From: Octopus vulgaris
Lineage: Eukaryota
Assembly: GCA_951406725.2 (NCBI GenBank)
Contig: OX597830.1
Coordinates: 64,666,001-64,730,000 of the forward strand
Length of the DNA stretch: 64,000 nt
Reading direction: 5' to 3'
Part shown: positions 1 to 14,489 of the stretch, one piece after another
How positions within the stretch are numbered: the stretch's first letter is position 1
How the letters are laid out: every line of letters starts with the position of its first letter
Made by a program: the position numbers and the translations under genes
The notes under the pieces: generated by a model
The model's input: only the letters and a program-made list of their open reading frames with translations
The model's database searches: none
What the model was told of the DNA's origin: nothing

Positions 1-287
1 AGATTAAAAGGCAAACAGAAAGAGGAAAGGTGACATGTTGCAGGGGAGAGAGAGAGAGAGCTCATTAGGAGATAGAAGAGAGAGAGGGTGAGCGAGAGCT
101 CATTAAGAGATAGGAGAGAGGGTGAGAGAGAGTGAGAGTGAGAGCTCATTAAGAAATAGGAGAGCGAGAGGGGGATAGTGAAAGGGGAGAGGGAGAAAGA
201 GAGGTATAGAGAGACGTTGCTAGAGAGGGGGTGGGAGAGAGAAAAAGAAATGTGAAGGGGATGGAAGGATAAAGAAAGAGGTAATGG

Positions 288-318
<31 letters not shown>

Positions 319-673
319 AGCGATGGGAGAAAGGGAGAAAGAGACTAAACGAGAAAAGGGGAACAGGAAAGGAGAGAAGACGAGAGAGAGAGAGAGAGGG
401 AGAGAGGATGAATAAGAGATAGGAGAGAGCTAGAAAGAGAGAGAGAGAAAGAGAGAGCGATAGGAGAGAGTGAGAAAGAGACCAAAAGAGAAAAGGGGGA
501 TAGGAAAGGAGAGAGGTTGAGGGAGAGATAGAGATAGAGAGCGGAAGACAAGGAGAGAGAGATGAATAAGAGATAGGAGAGAGAGAGAGAGAGAAAGAGA
601 GAGAGACTATTGGAGATGTGATTGACTGGACAGCTGGGAGAGATAGGAAGGGAAAGCATGGAGATAGATTGAT

Positions 674-705
<32 letters not shown>

Positions 706-900
706 AGGAAGAGAGGAGAGAGAGAGACAGAAAAAGAGTGAGAGAAGGGAAGAAAGGAGAAGAGATGGGGAAGAAGAATGTAATAATGAGAAGAAGAAAT
801 GATCGAGAGGTGGTGGGGTGGGGTTGAGGTGCAAGAGATCGTTGGAGAAGAGAAAGGGAAAGAAAATATGAAAGAGGAAGAGTGTGAGGGTGGAGAAAAA
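1..900. repeat. (GA)n / purine-rich low-complexity tract
   Basis: Strongly A/G-biased + strand with many (GA)n runs; overlapping S/L-rich ORFs are translation artefacts. Confidence 0.9.
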
Positions 901-1029
901 CAAAACAAAAAACATTAAATCAAGACTAAATAAAAACTAAAAGACAAAACAAAAGAAAAAGGGTATTGAAGATTTGATATGAAGAAATAATTTGGAGTGC
1001 GGTTCTAATGCCGGGTGGATGACTGGGTG

Positions 1030-1500
1030 GTGGTGATGTGATGCTGGTGTTATTGTTGTTGCTAGTGATGATGTCGATGGATGGAATTACGAGGTGGCAG
1101 TGGTGGTGGTAGCAACAACGTGGGTGATGATGATGATGTTAATGGTGGTGGTGGTGGTGATGGTGATGGTGGTGGTGATGGTGGTGATGGTGGTGATGGT
1201 GGTGATGAATTTGATGACGAAGATGATGAAGATGATGATGATGATGATGATGACGACGACGACGATTATGATGATGATGATGATGGTGAAGATGATGGTG
1301 AAGATGATGATGATGGACATGATGATGAAGATGATCATGAAAATGATGATTATGACGATGGTAACGACGACGACAATAATGATGATGATGATGATGATGA
1401 TGATGATAGTAGTAGAAAGAATGATTAAATGGTGGTAATGAGGCTGACAATATGTAGGGAGTGGTGATGATGTCACTGATAGTGATGATAACGTTGATAA
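1030..1500. repeat. (GGT)n/(GAT)n trinucleotide low-complexity tract
   Basis: Degenerate GGT and GAT repeats open in several frames (poly-D/M/H/I). Confidence 0.85.
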
Positions 1501-1512
1501 TCAAATTGATGA

Positions 1513-1690
1513 TCCTTTCTGCTCTAGGCAGGAGGCCAGAAATTTCGGGGGAGTGTGATAGGCGATTACATCAACCCCAGTGCGCAACTGGTACTTATTT
1601 AATAGGCTCCCTCAGAAGGATGGAAAACAAAGTCAACCTCTGCGGAATCTGAACTCAGAACGTAGCAACGTAAAAAGTATCGCTAATTAT
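1513..1690 (-). mobile_element. SINE family A copy, reverse orientation, degenerate
   Basis: Reverse complement of the family body (gttctgagttcagattccgcagaggttgactttgttttccatcc...taagtaccagttgcgcactgggg). Confidence 0.75.
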
Positions 1691-1924
1691 GTTGTCGTGT
1701 GAACTAATGAGTCATAAGACAGCTTCCTGCTTTATGATCAAAATTATGACGATTTCTCTGGTGATTATGGCGATAGTGATGATGTTGATGATAATGATGT
1801 TGTTGGTGATAATGATGTTGTTGGTGATGAATAGCGATAATGTTGATAAGAGCGATGGTGGTAATGATAGTGTTGTCGGTATTAACGGTACGTTGTCGTT
1901 TTTTACCATGAGAGTGTAATGATG

Positions 1925-1988
1925 TGTGACCTTTTGTGGGTTTGCGTTTGTGTGTCTGTGTGTGTGTTTGTGTCTGTGTGCGTGTGTT

Positions 1989-2028
<40 letters not shown>

Positions 2029-2315
2029 TGTGTCTGTGCCTTTGCGAGTGTTTGTGTTTGTATTTGTATGTGTTTGTGTTTGTTTGTGTTTGTGTTTGTG
2101 TGTGTGCGTGCACGCGTGTGTGCGAGCGTGTGTGTATGTGAGTGAGTGTGTGTGTATGAATCATGTGTATATTTATGTGTATGTGTGTATGCATGTATGC
2201 ATGTATGAATGTATGTATGTATGTATGTATGTATGTATGTGTGTGTGTGTGTATGTGTGTATGTATGTGTGTATGTATGTATGTATGTATGTATGTATGT
2301 ATGTATGTATGTGTA
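1925..2315. repeat. (TG)n + (TATG)n microsatellite
   Basis: Direct inspection. Confidence 0.95.
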
Positions 2316-3989
2316 GCTAAGGGTGTAAAGGCATCTTTTCCGGTTGTATCTAGATCACAGAAGTAGAAAATATGTAGAAACTGCTATTATCCCATGTTAC
2401 AAGGTTCTGACTGTCATCTGAAACCAATCTAAAGATAATCACGTCACCTTTCTATCACAAGGAACTCTAAGAAGTATACTATGTACGGCGGCAGTTAACG
2501 AAAGCAACCCAGTCGAATCTCGGTTACACAATGTCAGCTCTTTGAATTTGGATTACCTAAATAAGATCTCCAGCTTCCGTGAATATTCAATGATTCGTGC
2601 ATTATGTAACCTGAACTGGAGAATACTAACTGATAAAACCATTTGTCTTTGGTTTATGCAATCATTAAATTTAAAATAGAATTACTGAAGAACGTGTGAG
2701 CATATTATATGTAAGAGGTGTTACAAACATTGGTGTGAAAATCGCACCTTTTGTTTGAGGCGATCAAAATTACTTTATACTTGTTGGTCGGCTAATTTGA
2801 TCTCAACCGGTCAATTGAAGCAGAGTTAAAATTATTTTAAAACATTGACACGCGAAAGGATTAAGAAAAAAACAAACAGAATAAAACAACAAAAACATGT
2901 TGAAATTGTCGATGTCTTCATTAACTTCACAGATTTGTTCTTGGTATGTATTTGTGGCACCCTATCATGTTTGTTACTGTTATCAGTTCTGTGAAGAATA
3001 AAAGCCAACGGCGTAAGAACAGAAGAATGTGGCTTTACGGTATTTCAATCATGATGAAAACATATCAAAGATGGCGCTAGATAACCTTGCAATCTTTATT
3101 ATAATGATTACTAAATCTGTCTGCTTAGTTCGCAGTTCACTCTTCCGCTCGCTCTCTAACTCAGTTTGTCTGTATATATGTGTGTTTGCATGTATATATG
3201 CATGCATGTATGTATGTATGTATGTATGTATGTATGTATGTATGTATGTATGTATGTATGTATGTATGTATGTATGTATGTATACGGACAACCATAAACA
3301 TACATTTCTCAAAACAAACGTTAAAGATATTAAGTTGCCGCTTTCGAAAATAAAATAACGATGAAAATTCTTTTGTTAATTAAAAAAAACAAGTAAGTTT
3401 ATTACAAAATAGAAAGGAAATTATGAATCTTCGGTCTTTAAATTTCTCTTAAAACTTATGAATAAATATACATTTCTCTCTGTTAAATAACTTAACGTTC
3501 TTTAAAATACTACTAACGTCTTACATGATCTAATGGATGTTACTCTCAGTAATGTATGCATGCATATACGTATATATGTATACATACATACACAGACGCA
3601 CACACATATGTACATACACATGACACGCATGCACACATACGTGTGTGTAATGTGATTCTTGGAATACATAAAGCTATAATTAATAGCTTGTGTTATGCTA
3701 GGTATCTATCTGCCTTACGCTCTGTGTTCAGATGCCGTCGAGTTGGACTTTACCTTTCATCATTTCAAGATGTGGCCAAAATAAACCCCAGTGAAGCACT
3801 GGGGTCGATGTAATCGACTATTCCCTTCCCTTCAAAATTTCAGGACTTATGTCTACCTTTGAAAGAATTATATTGGGTTAAAAAATACCATGGATGGAAA
3901 GAGTCAAAGGTTGTCTTCGACATTTTTTCTGTTTAAGGGTTTTTTCAAATTCAATTCGTTATATCTGTATCTAAAACGGCGACTTGGTA

Positions 3990-4360
3990 AACAAAGATAC
4001 TTACTGGCACTTCTTTCGGGATCTTTATCTCCTGAGTTCAAATACCATCAGCGTCTGCTTTGCGTTTCATTATTTCGGGGTCGATAAAATAAGTACCAGT
4101 TGAGGACCGAGATCAATGTAATCGACTTACATCTTTCACTGAAGTTTCAGGCCTTGTGTCACAATATAAAAACCATTATTATTATTATAAAAGTGGCGAG
4201 CTAACAGAATCGTTATAGTACCGGATAAAACGCTTAGCAGCATTTCGTCTGGCTTTACGTTCTGAGTCCAAATGAAATAAGTACCTGTTGAGAACTGGGG
4301 TCCATGTAATCGGCTTAACACCTGTCCCGAAATTGCTGTCGTTCTGCCAAAATTTGAAAC
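3990..4360 (+). mobile_element. Two tandem degenerate SINE family A copies
   Basis: gagttcaaat B-box-like motif, cggggtcgataaaataagtaccag core, and gtggcgagctaacagaatcgttatag head near 4193. Confidence 0.7.
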
Positions 4361-4370
4361 TATTATTATC

Positions 4371-4485
4371 ATTCTTCTTCTTCTTCTTCTTCTTCTTCTT
4401 CTTCTTCTTCTTCTTCTTCTTCTTCTTCTTCTTCTTCTTCTTCTTCTTCTTCTTCTTCCTCCTCCTCCTCCTCCTCCTTCTTCTC

Positions 4486-4571
<86 letters not shown>

Positions 4572-4572
4572 T
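4371..4572. repeat. (TTC)n(CTC)n(TTA)n compound microsatellite
   Basis: Direct inspection. Confidence 0.95.
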
Positions 4573-5594
4573 AATGCTTTCAGATGAACGGGCTTGTGCA
4601 AAGTGTCTCCATATTCTAGTTGGATTACGTTTTACATGCGCTTGGAATTAATCAGAGAAAGTTTCTTTAGATTATTTTATCTTCGACGGTTTCGGCGTTT
4701 CAGCTGCCAACAAGTTTTATCTTGGAGGCTGGAAAACGTAAATAAAACTTGTCTTTGGTCATTTTGAATTTTAATATTCCTAAGCATACATTTCGCCTTT
4801 TCATATTCAATGTGATTAATTGTAGCGAGGTAGCCGAAAGGGTTGCATTCCACAATGGTCGTAGCACCAACATAAGCAAATAATGCTCCCAGTTAGTAAT
4901 TTGTGAAAGAAATATTTAGCACGGATTTAGAAAAGAAAAGAAAAAAAACATTAACAGTAATGAACTGTATAAGAATATCGACAGAAACTGATACATACTG
5001 AGAAAAAATAATGACTTTCTGATAGAAAACAGCAAGTAATATCAAACTGAAGATTTGCAGCGAAAAAGCAAACAGGAACCCGTAAGAAACGACGAACACG
5101 TATTTGCGAAGTAATAACTTCCTATAAACTTTTTGACAGCACTAATTTTAAGTGATGTGCTGAAGGTATTGATAATGTTATCGGGATAACTGGAAGTGTT
5201 TGTTCGCATTTTGCGCTCTGCGTTCAAATCCTGCTGAAGTCCACTTTATTTATTCTTTTTTTTTATCATTTCGTTGTCGACAAAAATACTTGTTCCGGTT
5301 GACGGATTGTCAAAATTGCTAGAAGGCGGCATATAACCTTGTATATACCACGTCAACTGTTTCGGCTCTTTGCGTTCTGCTTGCAAGGTCTGCGACATCA
5401 TTGGTGCCAAGCTCGGTATGTCTTTCTCTTCCTGAGGAGAGCATTACTTGTGTGCAGAAGTGACGTGCATACAGGGGCAACAGCTAATATTCCATAATAA
5501 ACCCCCCGCATCCCAACATCTTAGGTGGAATTCGCCTTTCATCCTGTCTGGGTCGATAAAACAAGTTGGCCTTATGCTTATATAAGCAGAAAGG

Positions 5595-5650
<56 letters not shown>

Positions 5651-5672
5651 CATCATCATCATTATTATTATT

Positions 5673-5707
<35 letters not shown>

Positions 5708-6228
5708 TATTATTATTATTATTATTACATTTATATCAGTGGCAGTGAAGAAAGGATCCTGTCAGTAAAGTACACCCACACATACCCAGAAGCAACAAAT
5801 GACTAAGTTAGTTATATTAATAAACCAACAAAGGTATTCTGTTAGGGATCGGATAACCAGGTTACTTAATGAACCCAACAGCTAGGATTGACTAATTACT
5901 TCGGTGTTTTACAGCTATTAGATTGTCTCTAGCTTCCAGGTAAATAGCTCACCCCCATTTTACTGCCAGTATTCATACCATTCCCTCTTTCTCCATCCCC
6001 TACCTCTTCCTCTCTCTCTCTCACCTTGTACATCTCTTCTATAAACTCATATTAACTCGGATTTCAAAGCTGATTCATGCGATGAACAATCACATAACAA
6101 TCGTTGTGCTATTCTATACGATGTTGTTGTGCTCAAAGTAGATGAAGTAGTAGTAGTTGTAGTAGTGTTAGCAGTAGCATTAGTAATGGTAGCAGCTGCA
6201 GTTGTAGATGTGGTATTATTATTACTAA

Positions 6229-6315
<87 letters not shown>

Positions 6316-6449
6316 AAGTAGTAGTAGTAGTTGCTGCTGCTGCGTTTATCTTTGTTGTTGTTGCTGATGTTATTGTTTAGCCCCAGGTCAGCTACGGCTA
6401 TAGATAGACTTGGGTTAAAAGTAGTTACTCTTTTGTTTAACCGGGACAA

Positions 6450-6506
<57 letters not shown>

Positions 6507-7097
6507 CTCTATCTACATGTATGTGTGTGGGGGGGTATGTGTGTATGTATGTCTATGGTTAGTCATTGAGGCTAATATCTCACGTAGGGTATTATCGGGG
6601 TGGGAGGTGTTTGCCTTGACTAAGGATGTGGCCAAAGCACAGCTGAGAAAGAACCAACATACTATTATCTTCAATTATACTGTCCGACCCATCCAGGCCA
6701 CGACACAGATGCAAAGGAAAGTTCTACGTCCGGAATAATATTACTGAGCCCTATGCGAAATGAATATCCACTGTGTTTGTCCATAACAAGGCAATTCAAT
6801 AAAAACCAGGTACAGTGAATGGTGTGGTTACGGAATACGAAATGCTAAACGTCTGCTGGACCAAACATGTCGCAGTAGATGGAAACAACATATGGACACA
6901 CGTAGCTGGGATCAGAGGGGATCAATCTGAAAAGCATCAAGACGATGGGAAGAAGGTATAGTAAGGAGAAAATGGGACCCAGAAGGGGATGAGGGACCCA
7001 TCGAGAGAAGAATAGAAGGACAGTGTGTCCAGTAACGTATAAAGACATCAGATTGACGGACCGATTGAGACACACACACACACACTCATATATACAC

Positions 7098-7146
<49 letters not shown>

Positions 7147-7230
7147 TAAATTTGCTCGTTGCGTAAATCCGAAGTATATTATGGACCGTACACTTAGTGC
7201 AATGTGCGCTTCTTGATTATTCTTGATCTA

Positions 7231-7263
<33 letters not shown>

Positions 7264-7609
7264 TGAAAATCAAGAGGAAAATGTTGATTTATTCACATCC
7301 CAAACTTTTCTTATTAAAGTGTTTTCTACACCATATATAACAATGACCAGAATCTTACTATAATGGGTGTTATGTCCGTCTGCCTGTCTGTTCCCTTTTC
7401 ACGGTCAAACGGCTGGATCAATGGTCACGATGATTTTCGGGATTACGAAGGAGATAATCAGGAAGGTTTTAAGCGTGAGAAAGTATGATTATTTAGTGGC
7501 TATTGAGGGTAATTGTTCAGTTTACGGGGTTAAATATGTAAATAAAAATTAAGGAGGAGGTAACTAATAAAAGAAGCAAAGGGAGGTAAGTCAACTTACT
7601 TTTAATCAT

Positions 7610-7950
7610 ACTGCATACACAGCTGATACAGCATCCAAACAGTGAGCAAATATTTTATTCCTCTCCACTGAATGACGCCATAAAAATTCGTGCAAATACG
7701 AAACAAAGCCTCTGAAATGCTGAATTGGTGGCGTAATTTGCGTTTAACACGCAGCCACATGTTTCCGATATTTTCTTCACGTACAATCACCTTGTGAGTG
7801 TATGCGCCATCCAACAGCCATCACTTACTATGTCACTCACTGGCAGAGTTCATCGTTGAATTAATGCTGTCAAAGTCTGTTCAGAACGATCAGGTACTTC
7901 CACTAAGAAAGACTCCTTAGAAACTCTCTCTATTATGTCGAAGTTCCATT
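7610..7950 (-). pseudogene. Merlin/ISXO2-like (IS1595-family) DDE transposase relic
   Basis: Minus strand reads FDIIERVSKESFLVEVPDRSEQTLTALIQR*TLPVSDIVSDG and ENIGNMWLRVKRKLRHQFSISEALF, matching Merlin motifs (FLVxVPDRSxxTL, IxSD, NIExxWxxxKR); stops and frameshifts present. Confidence 0.75.
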
Positions 7951-8959
7951 CTCTCTTAATTAATATTTACTTTTTTTAAATCAGTAAACCGAACAATTAC
8001 CGATATTGAGATTTGTATTATTAAATAACCGATTGTCTTATTTATTTATTTTTTTATTAAAATTCCGGCGACGAGGATTAATTCTGGATTCCCCATCCCC
8101 ACCCGCCATGTATAGTTCGTGAAATTAGAGGGTTTAAATTTGCGATACTATACCTGTATTTCTCATTGTAGAAGGGCAGATTCCTAAAGATTTCGCTAGC
8201 ACAAAACCAGACTTTAGGTCTGTAGGTGTATTTTTACCCACTCTGATGTTTACACTCAGCCAGTTATACGTCACCATGAGTAAAACAACGGACTCCAGTA
8301 ATTGGAAAATTAGTGTCGACCAAAGAGAAAATATCGTCTACAAAGAATTTTTGTAATCATGATATTATCAAAAGGGATATGATTCATAGTTTAAATAAGG
8401 ACATTTGCGAACTTTGAATGTATAAGAGCATAAACAAGCGTAAAATAGGGCAAACAACTGAAATAAAAGTATATCTAAATAACATTTTTTTCTTAATACC
8501 TTTTATGTAGTGGTCGAAGAAAGCTTTGGCTTTCGTTAGGAGTGGTCCACATATTCATTCATGATGCAGAGGCTGGGAACCTATTTCAGTTCGGGAGGGA
8601 ATCGTCATCACATGTCACTTCGTCGCAAACACATGTCATATAGCTGCAATAGAATGTTGTATCGCCAACAATAAAGTGATTTCTCTAAGACATCACCCAG
8701 TAATCTATCAAGTCCATTTACACATTACTCAATACATTCTGCTGTTAAGACTTCCCTCCCTTGTTTTATGACTCCATCGAAGATAGACAGATTTGCTAGT
8801 ATGTTTCTACTGCAGCAAATGCACATTGCTCTCTGTATGCAATTATGCATCCTAGTCGCTGCAGTTTTATCAAGGGTCCATCACTTACGATGTTTTCAAA
8901 GTGAACTAATTCAAATAAGTTTCCTGCGGTGGTTTTCATTTGTCTGTATATGTATAGAT

Positions 8960-9046
<87 letters not shown>

Positions 9047-9092
9047 GCTTGCTATCTAGCTATATATATATATGTGCGTGTGTGTTTGTGTG

Positions 9093-9137
<45 letters not shown>

Positions 9138-9156
9138 GTGTGTATGTATGTATACA

Positions 9157-9218
<62 letters not shown>

Positions 9219-9219
<1 letters not shown>

Positions 9220-9690
9220 TAGCTCGGGTTTGTAAGGGAAATAACTATATAAGCATTTTTAGAGAGTTACTTCCCTTATAAATTCGGGCTTTCTTAGCCA
9301 TTTTTGTTTTGGTGTCTTCAAGCCATGAAGTCGTTGTTCTAAAAGAACGCTGGTTTCCTTCACAACGCATTACGACGTTGATTTCTTTACACTCCCTTCC
9401 CCACAGCTTCACGAGGGAGGGAAGGGGGAGAAGCAAACAGGTACAGCTGTGAGCGTGGACGCCAACTCCGCCGCCATCGACACACGATGCATTTTATGCA
9501 TTAAAATGGAATAAAAAATGATGTTAAATTATTTTTAAAATCGTAGACTCATCGTTGACGCGCGCTAATAGTCAGACGGGCTCGATATGAATCACGACTA
9601 TAAGATACCCGAATTTGGTTAAACTGCACCGCAAAATGTGGGAGGAGTTAGGAATCTAAATCGAAGGGGACAGACACTCACACAACTAGA

Positions 9691-9702
<12 letters not shown>
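9219..9702 (-). mobile_element. Non-autonomous Helitron (copy 1) inside (TA)n
   Basis: Minus-strand 3' end CTAG at 9219-9222; extensive identity with the 56643-57036 copy; most of the subterminal hairpin is deleted here. Confidence 0.8.
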
Positions 9703-9771
<69 letters not shown>

Positions 9772-9977
9772 TCGCAGGTTTGTTTAATTCATAAAGCAAC
9801 CAAGTCAAAGCACTCGTAACTGTTGAGTTGTGTTGCACTCTCAGTCTCTCAGTGATGAAATGTTTCAACTGAACTAAAATTGTACTGATTTGATTGATGT
9901 ACATCTATTCTATACATATATACAAACATACATACCTAAGTACGTACGTAGACACACACACATACTCAAATATATAT

Positions 9978-10033
<56 letters not shown>

Positions 10034-10110
10034 GTGTAGATCTATATGTGTGTTTGTGTGTGAGTGTATGCTTATTCACCAGAATTATTTTTGGTGTTGC
10101 TGCTGCTATT

Positions 10111-10141
<31 letters not shown>

Positions 10142-10161
10142 TACTAATAATAATAATAATA

Positions 10162-10193
<32 letters not shown>

Positions 10194-10706
10194 CATCATC
10201 ATCATCATCATCATGCTCAGGAAGCGATGCGTCAGTTCTTAGATCTATACAGTCATAGTTGAACTGAAAGTCCTCAGAGAGAAAAAAAGGTCGGCTGTTA
10301 CGGTTTACGATGTTACAAAAGTTCACGCGAGGATGGCACCAGTAAGTTTACGTTAACGTCCAAAAGCATTTCTCTTGAAGCAGAACTACATAAATATTAC
10401 AGTCACAATTTTATCATAATTTTCGTACGTATGATTTAATTATCAAAAGTTTACTGAAACCATACAGACGAGAAACCAGACCAGGGCACGGCTTGCTGAC
10501 ATTTTTATTTGTTTTCAAATAAACCAGGCAGGGGTCGTATATACCCGAGGGAGTGTCATATAAGTTGGCTTTGACAGGAAAAATACACGGGACCATGGTT
10601 TTAAGTATGATTTTGTGATTGCGCGATTCGTATCCGTGCAACGTTTCTCTATGTTGTATAATTCTCTTTGCCCGGTAACTATTTTGTCTTTGTGCATTAT
10701 CCCATA

Positions 10707-10739
<33 letters not shown>

Positions 10740-10936
10740 TGTATGCATGTATGTATGTATGTATGTATGTATGTATGTATGCATGTATGTATGTATGTAT
10801 GTATGTATGTATGTATGTATGTATGTATGTATGTATGTATTATGTATGTATGTATGTATGTAATGTCTGGTTGACCAAAGTCATTTGAGTAGATTTGGTA
10901 GACGGAAACTGAAAGAAGCCTGTCATATATATATAC

Positions 10937-11335
10937 AGGCGCAGGTTTGGCTGTGTAGTAAGTAGCTTGCTTAACAACCACATAGTTCCGGGTTCAGTCC
11001 CACTGCGTGGCATCTTGGGCGAGTGTCTTCTACTATAGCCTCGGGCCAACCAAAGCCTTGTGAGTGGATTTGGTAATCGGAAACTGAAAGAAGCTCGTCG
11101 TATGCGTGTGTGTGTATGTGTGTCTGTGTGTGTCTTTGTCCCCGCCCCACCATCTCTTCACAACCAATGGTGGTGTGTTTACGTCCCCATAACTTAACGG
11201 TTCGACAAAAAGGTCCGATAGAATAAGTACCAGGTTTCCAAAGAATAAGTTCTGGAGTTGATTTGTTCGACAAAATGGCGGTGCACCACCATGGCCGCAA
11301 TTAAATGACTGAAACCTGAAAGAATAAAGAACAAA
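10937..11335 (+). mobile_element. SINE family B (tRNA-derived head, CORE-like cttgggcgagtgtctt box, internal (TG)n), near full length
   Basis: A box tggctgtgtagt, B box ggttcagtccc; related copies at about 11410-11570(-), 22590-22935(-), 24515-24655(-), 25410-25540(-), 41550-41940(+), 44580-44730(+), 54990-55095(-), 55425-55550(+), 63590-63710(+). Confidence 0.85.
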
Positions 11336-12814
11336 TATATATATGTATATATATAGAGCATGCACTCGACATACAGACACACACACGCGCGCGCGCTTAA
11401 ACAAGTATCTACGGTGGGTTTCTTTCAGATTCCGCCCGCCAAATCCACGAGCAAAGCTTTTGTCGGCTTGAGGCTATAGTAGAATACACTTGCCCCAGGT
11501 GCCCTGCAGTGGGTTTGAACCTGGAACCATGTGGTTAGGAAACTAACTACTTACCTCACAGCCACCCCTAAGCTTTTATTCATTTATTGAAATTATTTTC
11601 CATTCCAGAGAAGTATGAATAAAAACCGTGGAGGAAATGGTAATGAACTCGAAATGAGTAGAGGTGGAAATTTCCAACATTAACATGCAATTCATAGAAA
11701 ACGCTTGCTTGTCTAGGAGCAAGGGGAGAATAGTTGGCACGTGTTTCAGCATCAATAGGCGTCGTCAGGCACAGCGTTTCCCAAAATTGAATCCAGCAGA
11801 CGAGAAAAGTATATATGAACAAGTGCCTATTAATTTAAAAACGGATCTATGTGCATAATTGTGAGTATTAAAGGGTGTATAAAATTACTGCCAATGTATA
11901 ACAGGAATATCTTTGCAGGAAACATTCATTTAAGCAATTATTTCCACACCTACGTGTTATGTAAATATGTGCAAGTATTTGCGCGCGCATGTGTGTGTTG
12001 TGTGTGTGTTGTGTGTGTGTATGTGTGTGTACGTGTGTGTGTGTTTACTCACGCTCACACAGAGAACTACAAACTCTGTCACAAAGACGAAGCTATATAT
12101 GGGCTGTTTTGTCAATGTCATGTAATATTCGATGTAAAAAATGCGTTCTACCATGCTTTTATATGTATGTATGTATGTATGTAAGTATGTATGTATGTAT
12201 GTATGTATGTATGTATGTATGTATGTATGTATGCATGTATGCATGAATGTATGTATGTATGTGTATGTGTGCATGTGTTTACACACATAAGTACATATAT
12301 ATGTACACACACACATATATATATATATATACATATATATGTATATATAACGATAGATAGATAAATAGATAGGTAGATATACACATACATATATACATAT
12401 AATTAAAAAAATGTTATACATACAGACATACACACACACATACATATAAGTGTGTGTGTGTGCGGCCACAGTCAAATGACTGAAACAAGTAAAATAAAAA
12501 TAAAAAAACATCTATATATATGTGTGTGTGTGTGTGTGTGTGCTTGTGTGTGTATATATATACACAGACGGTATGTAGATTCATATGCAATCATGCGCCA
12601 ATAATTACTTGATGCATTTAAGAAGGAAGTTGGTAAATTTTTCGATGATTGTACGAGTTAACAAGTTATGGGAACCTGTACCCACTGTTACAAGACTTCC
12701 TCTCTGTGCATTCTTCACCGCGCGCACACGCACACGCATCATACAGACACACACACCTTCGTACAGATACACACACATACACACACACATATATATATGT
12801 ACGTCTATACAACG

Positions 12815-12847
<33 letters not shown>

Positions 12848-12901
12848 TATATAGATACGTATATACATCCCTATATATATATGTGTGTGTATGTGTATAT
12901 A

Positions 12902-12940
<39 letters not shown>

Positions 12941-13356
12941 TGACACACACTCACACACATACACACGCATATATATATCAACTGTTACATACGTACATAC
13001 ACACATATTATCCCCTGGCTGCCTTAGGCAATTAATCAGTTCATCTAAAATTCCCCTCCTAATTGCTAATTCAATTTTAATTTTAAAGTATTCACATTGC
13101 TCCCATTTTGTTATTTGTTGTCTCTTGAGCCTCTTTGGAACTCGTTACCAACCATAACGTGTATATATATATTGCGACACACAAGCGTCTATGTTTCTAC
13201 ATGTATACATATGATAACGATTATGCATGTATGTACATAGGGGCATATGTTAACTGCATCTATGTATCTATCTGTCTGCCTGCCTGCCAGCCCGTCTGTC
13301 TATCTTTGTGTCTATCTATATTATACACATACATATCTATATTGATCTATGTCTAG

Positions 13357-13560
13357 GGCGGTGAGCTGGCAGAAACGTTAGCACGCCGGGCGAAATGCTT
13401 GGCAATATATCGTGCCTTTATGTTCTGAGTTCAAATTCCGCCGAGGTCGACTTTGTCTTTCATCGTTTCAGCGTCGATAAATTAAGTACCGGTTGTGTAA
13501 TGGGGTCGATCTAATAGACTAGCCTCTACCCCAAAATTTTCAGGCCTCGTGCCTAGAGGA
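13357..13560 (+). mobile_element. SINE family A full copy
   Basis: ggcggtgagctggcagaaacgttagcacgccgggcg head, gagttcaaattcc B box, gactttgtctttcatcg...aagtacc core. Confidence 0.9.
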
Positions 13561-13579
13561 GGTCCAATAATAGCAAGAG

Positions 13580-13965
13580 AGTTAACCGTACGATGGACAA
13601 GCGTCCTCTTCAGCTGTGGGGAGTATTGTAAGCTCAGTCTCTTAAATGTCTAGATTAAGTCCAGGTCTTATGAGTTCTGGGGCTTACGAAAATACAACAA
13701 AAGCAAAATGTGTCTTTACATAAAGATTTATTAGGCTTGTTTTCCGTTTGATATGATGTTCTTGATGTGATGTTGTTTGAAAAACAGAGTATCTAATATT
13801 TTACGTTTGCCGTATTGTCTGAATATCCTTTTTGGAATAAGTACTGTTTTATAACTATAAAGTATCACTATTTCTTTAATCTGATGTTGTTAATTGTAAT
13901 AATAAGCTGGTGGGTTCCCAGGTTGTATTTATATTTTTAATGCTATTGACATGCCGGTTTGAATG
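13580..13965 (-). mobile_element. Possible Penelope-like element 3' remnant
   Basis: Minus strand ends ...ELIRPGLNLDI* followed by ctgaagaggacgcttgtcc (hammerhead-core-like with a GGAC/GTCC stem but no GAAA); heavily decayed. Confidence 0.25.
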
Positions 13966-14012
13966 GTACTGCTCAGGTGTCGAAACCATAGTGGTATCCA
14001 TATGGTAGCTGA

Positions 14013-14245
14013 AGGCGGCGAGCTGGCAGAAACGTTAGCACGCCGGTCGAAATACGTAGCCGTATTTCGTCTGCCGTTACGTTCTGAGTTCAAATTCCGC
14101 CGAGGTTGACTTTGCCTTTCATCCTTTCGGGGTCGATTAAATAAGTACCAGTTACGCACTGGGGTCGATATAATCGTCTTAATCCGTTTGTCTGCCCTTG
14201 TTTGTCCTCTCTGTGTTTAGCCCCTTGTGGGTAGTAAAGAAATAG
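14013..14245 (+). mobile_element. SINE family A (tail type 1) with ~20-bp target-site duplication
   Basis: Flanked by ggtatccatatggtagctga and ggtatccgtatggtagctga. Confidence 0.92.
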
Positions 14246-14489
14246 GTATCCGTATGGTAGCTGATGAAGGGAAAACAAGTTTGACATACTCGTTTGGGAA
14301 TTTTTTTTATACATTAATCACATTATTCTGAGTTGTCCTTAATCTTATTCTAAAGCTTAAGTAAGTTGCTGTGGAGATGGCACCACCAATAAACATGCAT
14401 ATACACATGCCCAGGCGCAGACATATACATAATATACCCTCACACACAGATGTACATATACATATACCTATATACACATATATCTTTTC

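Noticed and set aside
1081-1504. Acidic poly-Asp / poly-His ORFs
   Set aside because: (GAT)n/(GGT)n tract open in several frames with no unique coding flank.
2930-3080. Possible + strand exon after ttcacag
   Set aside because: Short open frame with no recognisable homology or partner exons.
6560-7070. Non-repetitive block with a partial ORF
   Set aside because: No interpretable motif; probably an unrecognised TE fragment.
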